Below the pieces are notes generated by a model. That model saw only the letters and a program-made list of their open reading frames with translations. It made no database searches and had not been told where the DNA came from. From NCBI RefSeq assembly GCF_964194025.1, contig NC_134469.1, positions 57,908,001 to 57,972,000 of the forward strand: DNA of 64,000 nt. Direction: 5' to 3'. Source of the DNA: Convolutriloba macropyga. Taxonomy: Eukaryota. Both the position numbers and the translations under genes were made by a program. Positions 63,990-64,000 of the stretch are shown piece by piece; the stretch's first letter is position 1; each line of letters opens with the position of its first letter.

Positions 63990-64000
63990 GTAATCGAGGA
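63990..64000 (+). CDS. Probable start of iGluR coding exon 5 (truncated by the window end)
   Basis: Strong acceptor ttttacttgtttattttcag|GTA ATC GAG, phase-0 compatible with exon 4. Only 11 nt are visible. Confidence 0.4.

Overview
AT-rich, repeat-dense metazoan (invertebrate-like) genomic DNA, not prokaryotic. Two spliced host genes lie on the + strand and are mostly missed by the ORF track. (1) The last two exons of a class A GPCR: a TM6 CWxP exon at 3018-3156 and a TM7 NPxxY exon at 6900-7083. (2) The first four coding exons, plus the start of a probable fifth, of an ionotropic glutamate receptor whose amino-terminal domain looks delta (GluD)-like; it runs from 25476 past the window end, with introns of about 2-15.5 kb. 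Between them sits a complete BEL/Pao LTR retrotransposon (9699-19992) with 164-bp LTRs, a TTAGC target-site duplication, and a gag-pol frame broken by 4 stops and 1 frameshift. Its ~3-kb leader is the most unusual part of the window: two ~40-bp-periodic clusters of an 18-nt NGGT-10nt-ACCN' motif, whose outer bases covary, bracket a 174-bp hairpin-rich tandem array. The iGluR introns hold a near full-length CR1/L2-type LINE whose 3' end has seeded a 785/827-bp higher-order tandem array, 1.83-kb and 1.18-kb tandem duplications with Helitron-like motifs, several decayed LINEs and MITEs. Everything was read by eye; no database searches were run.
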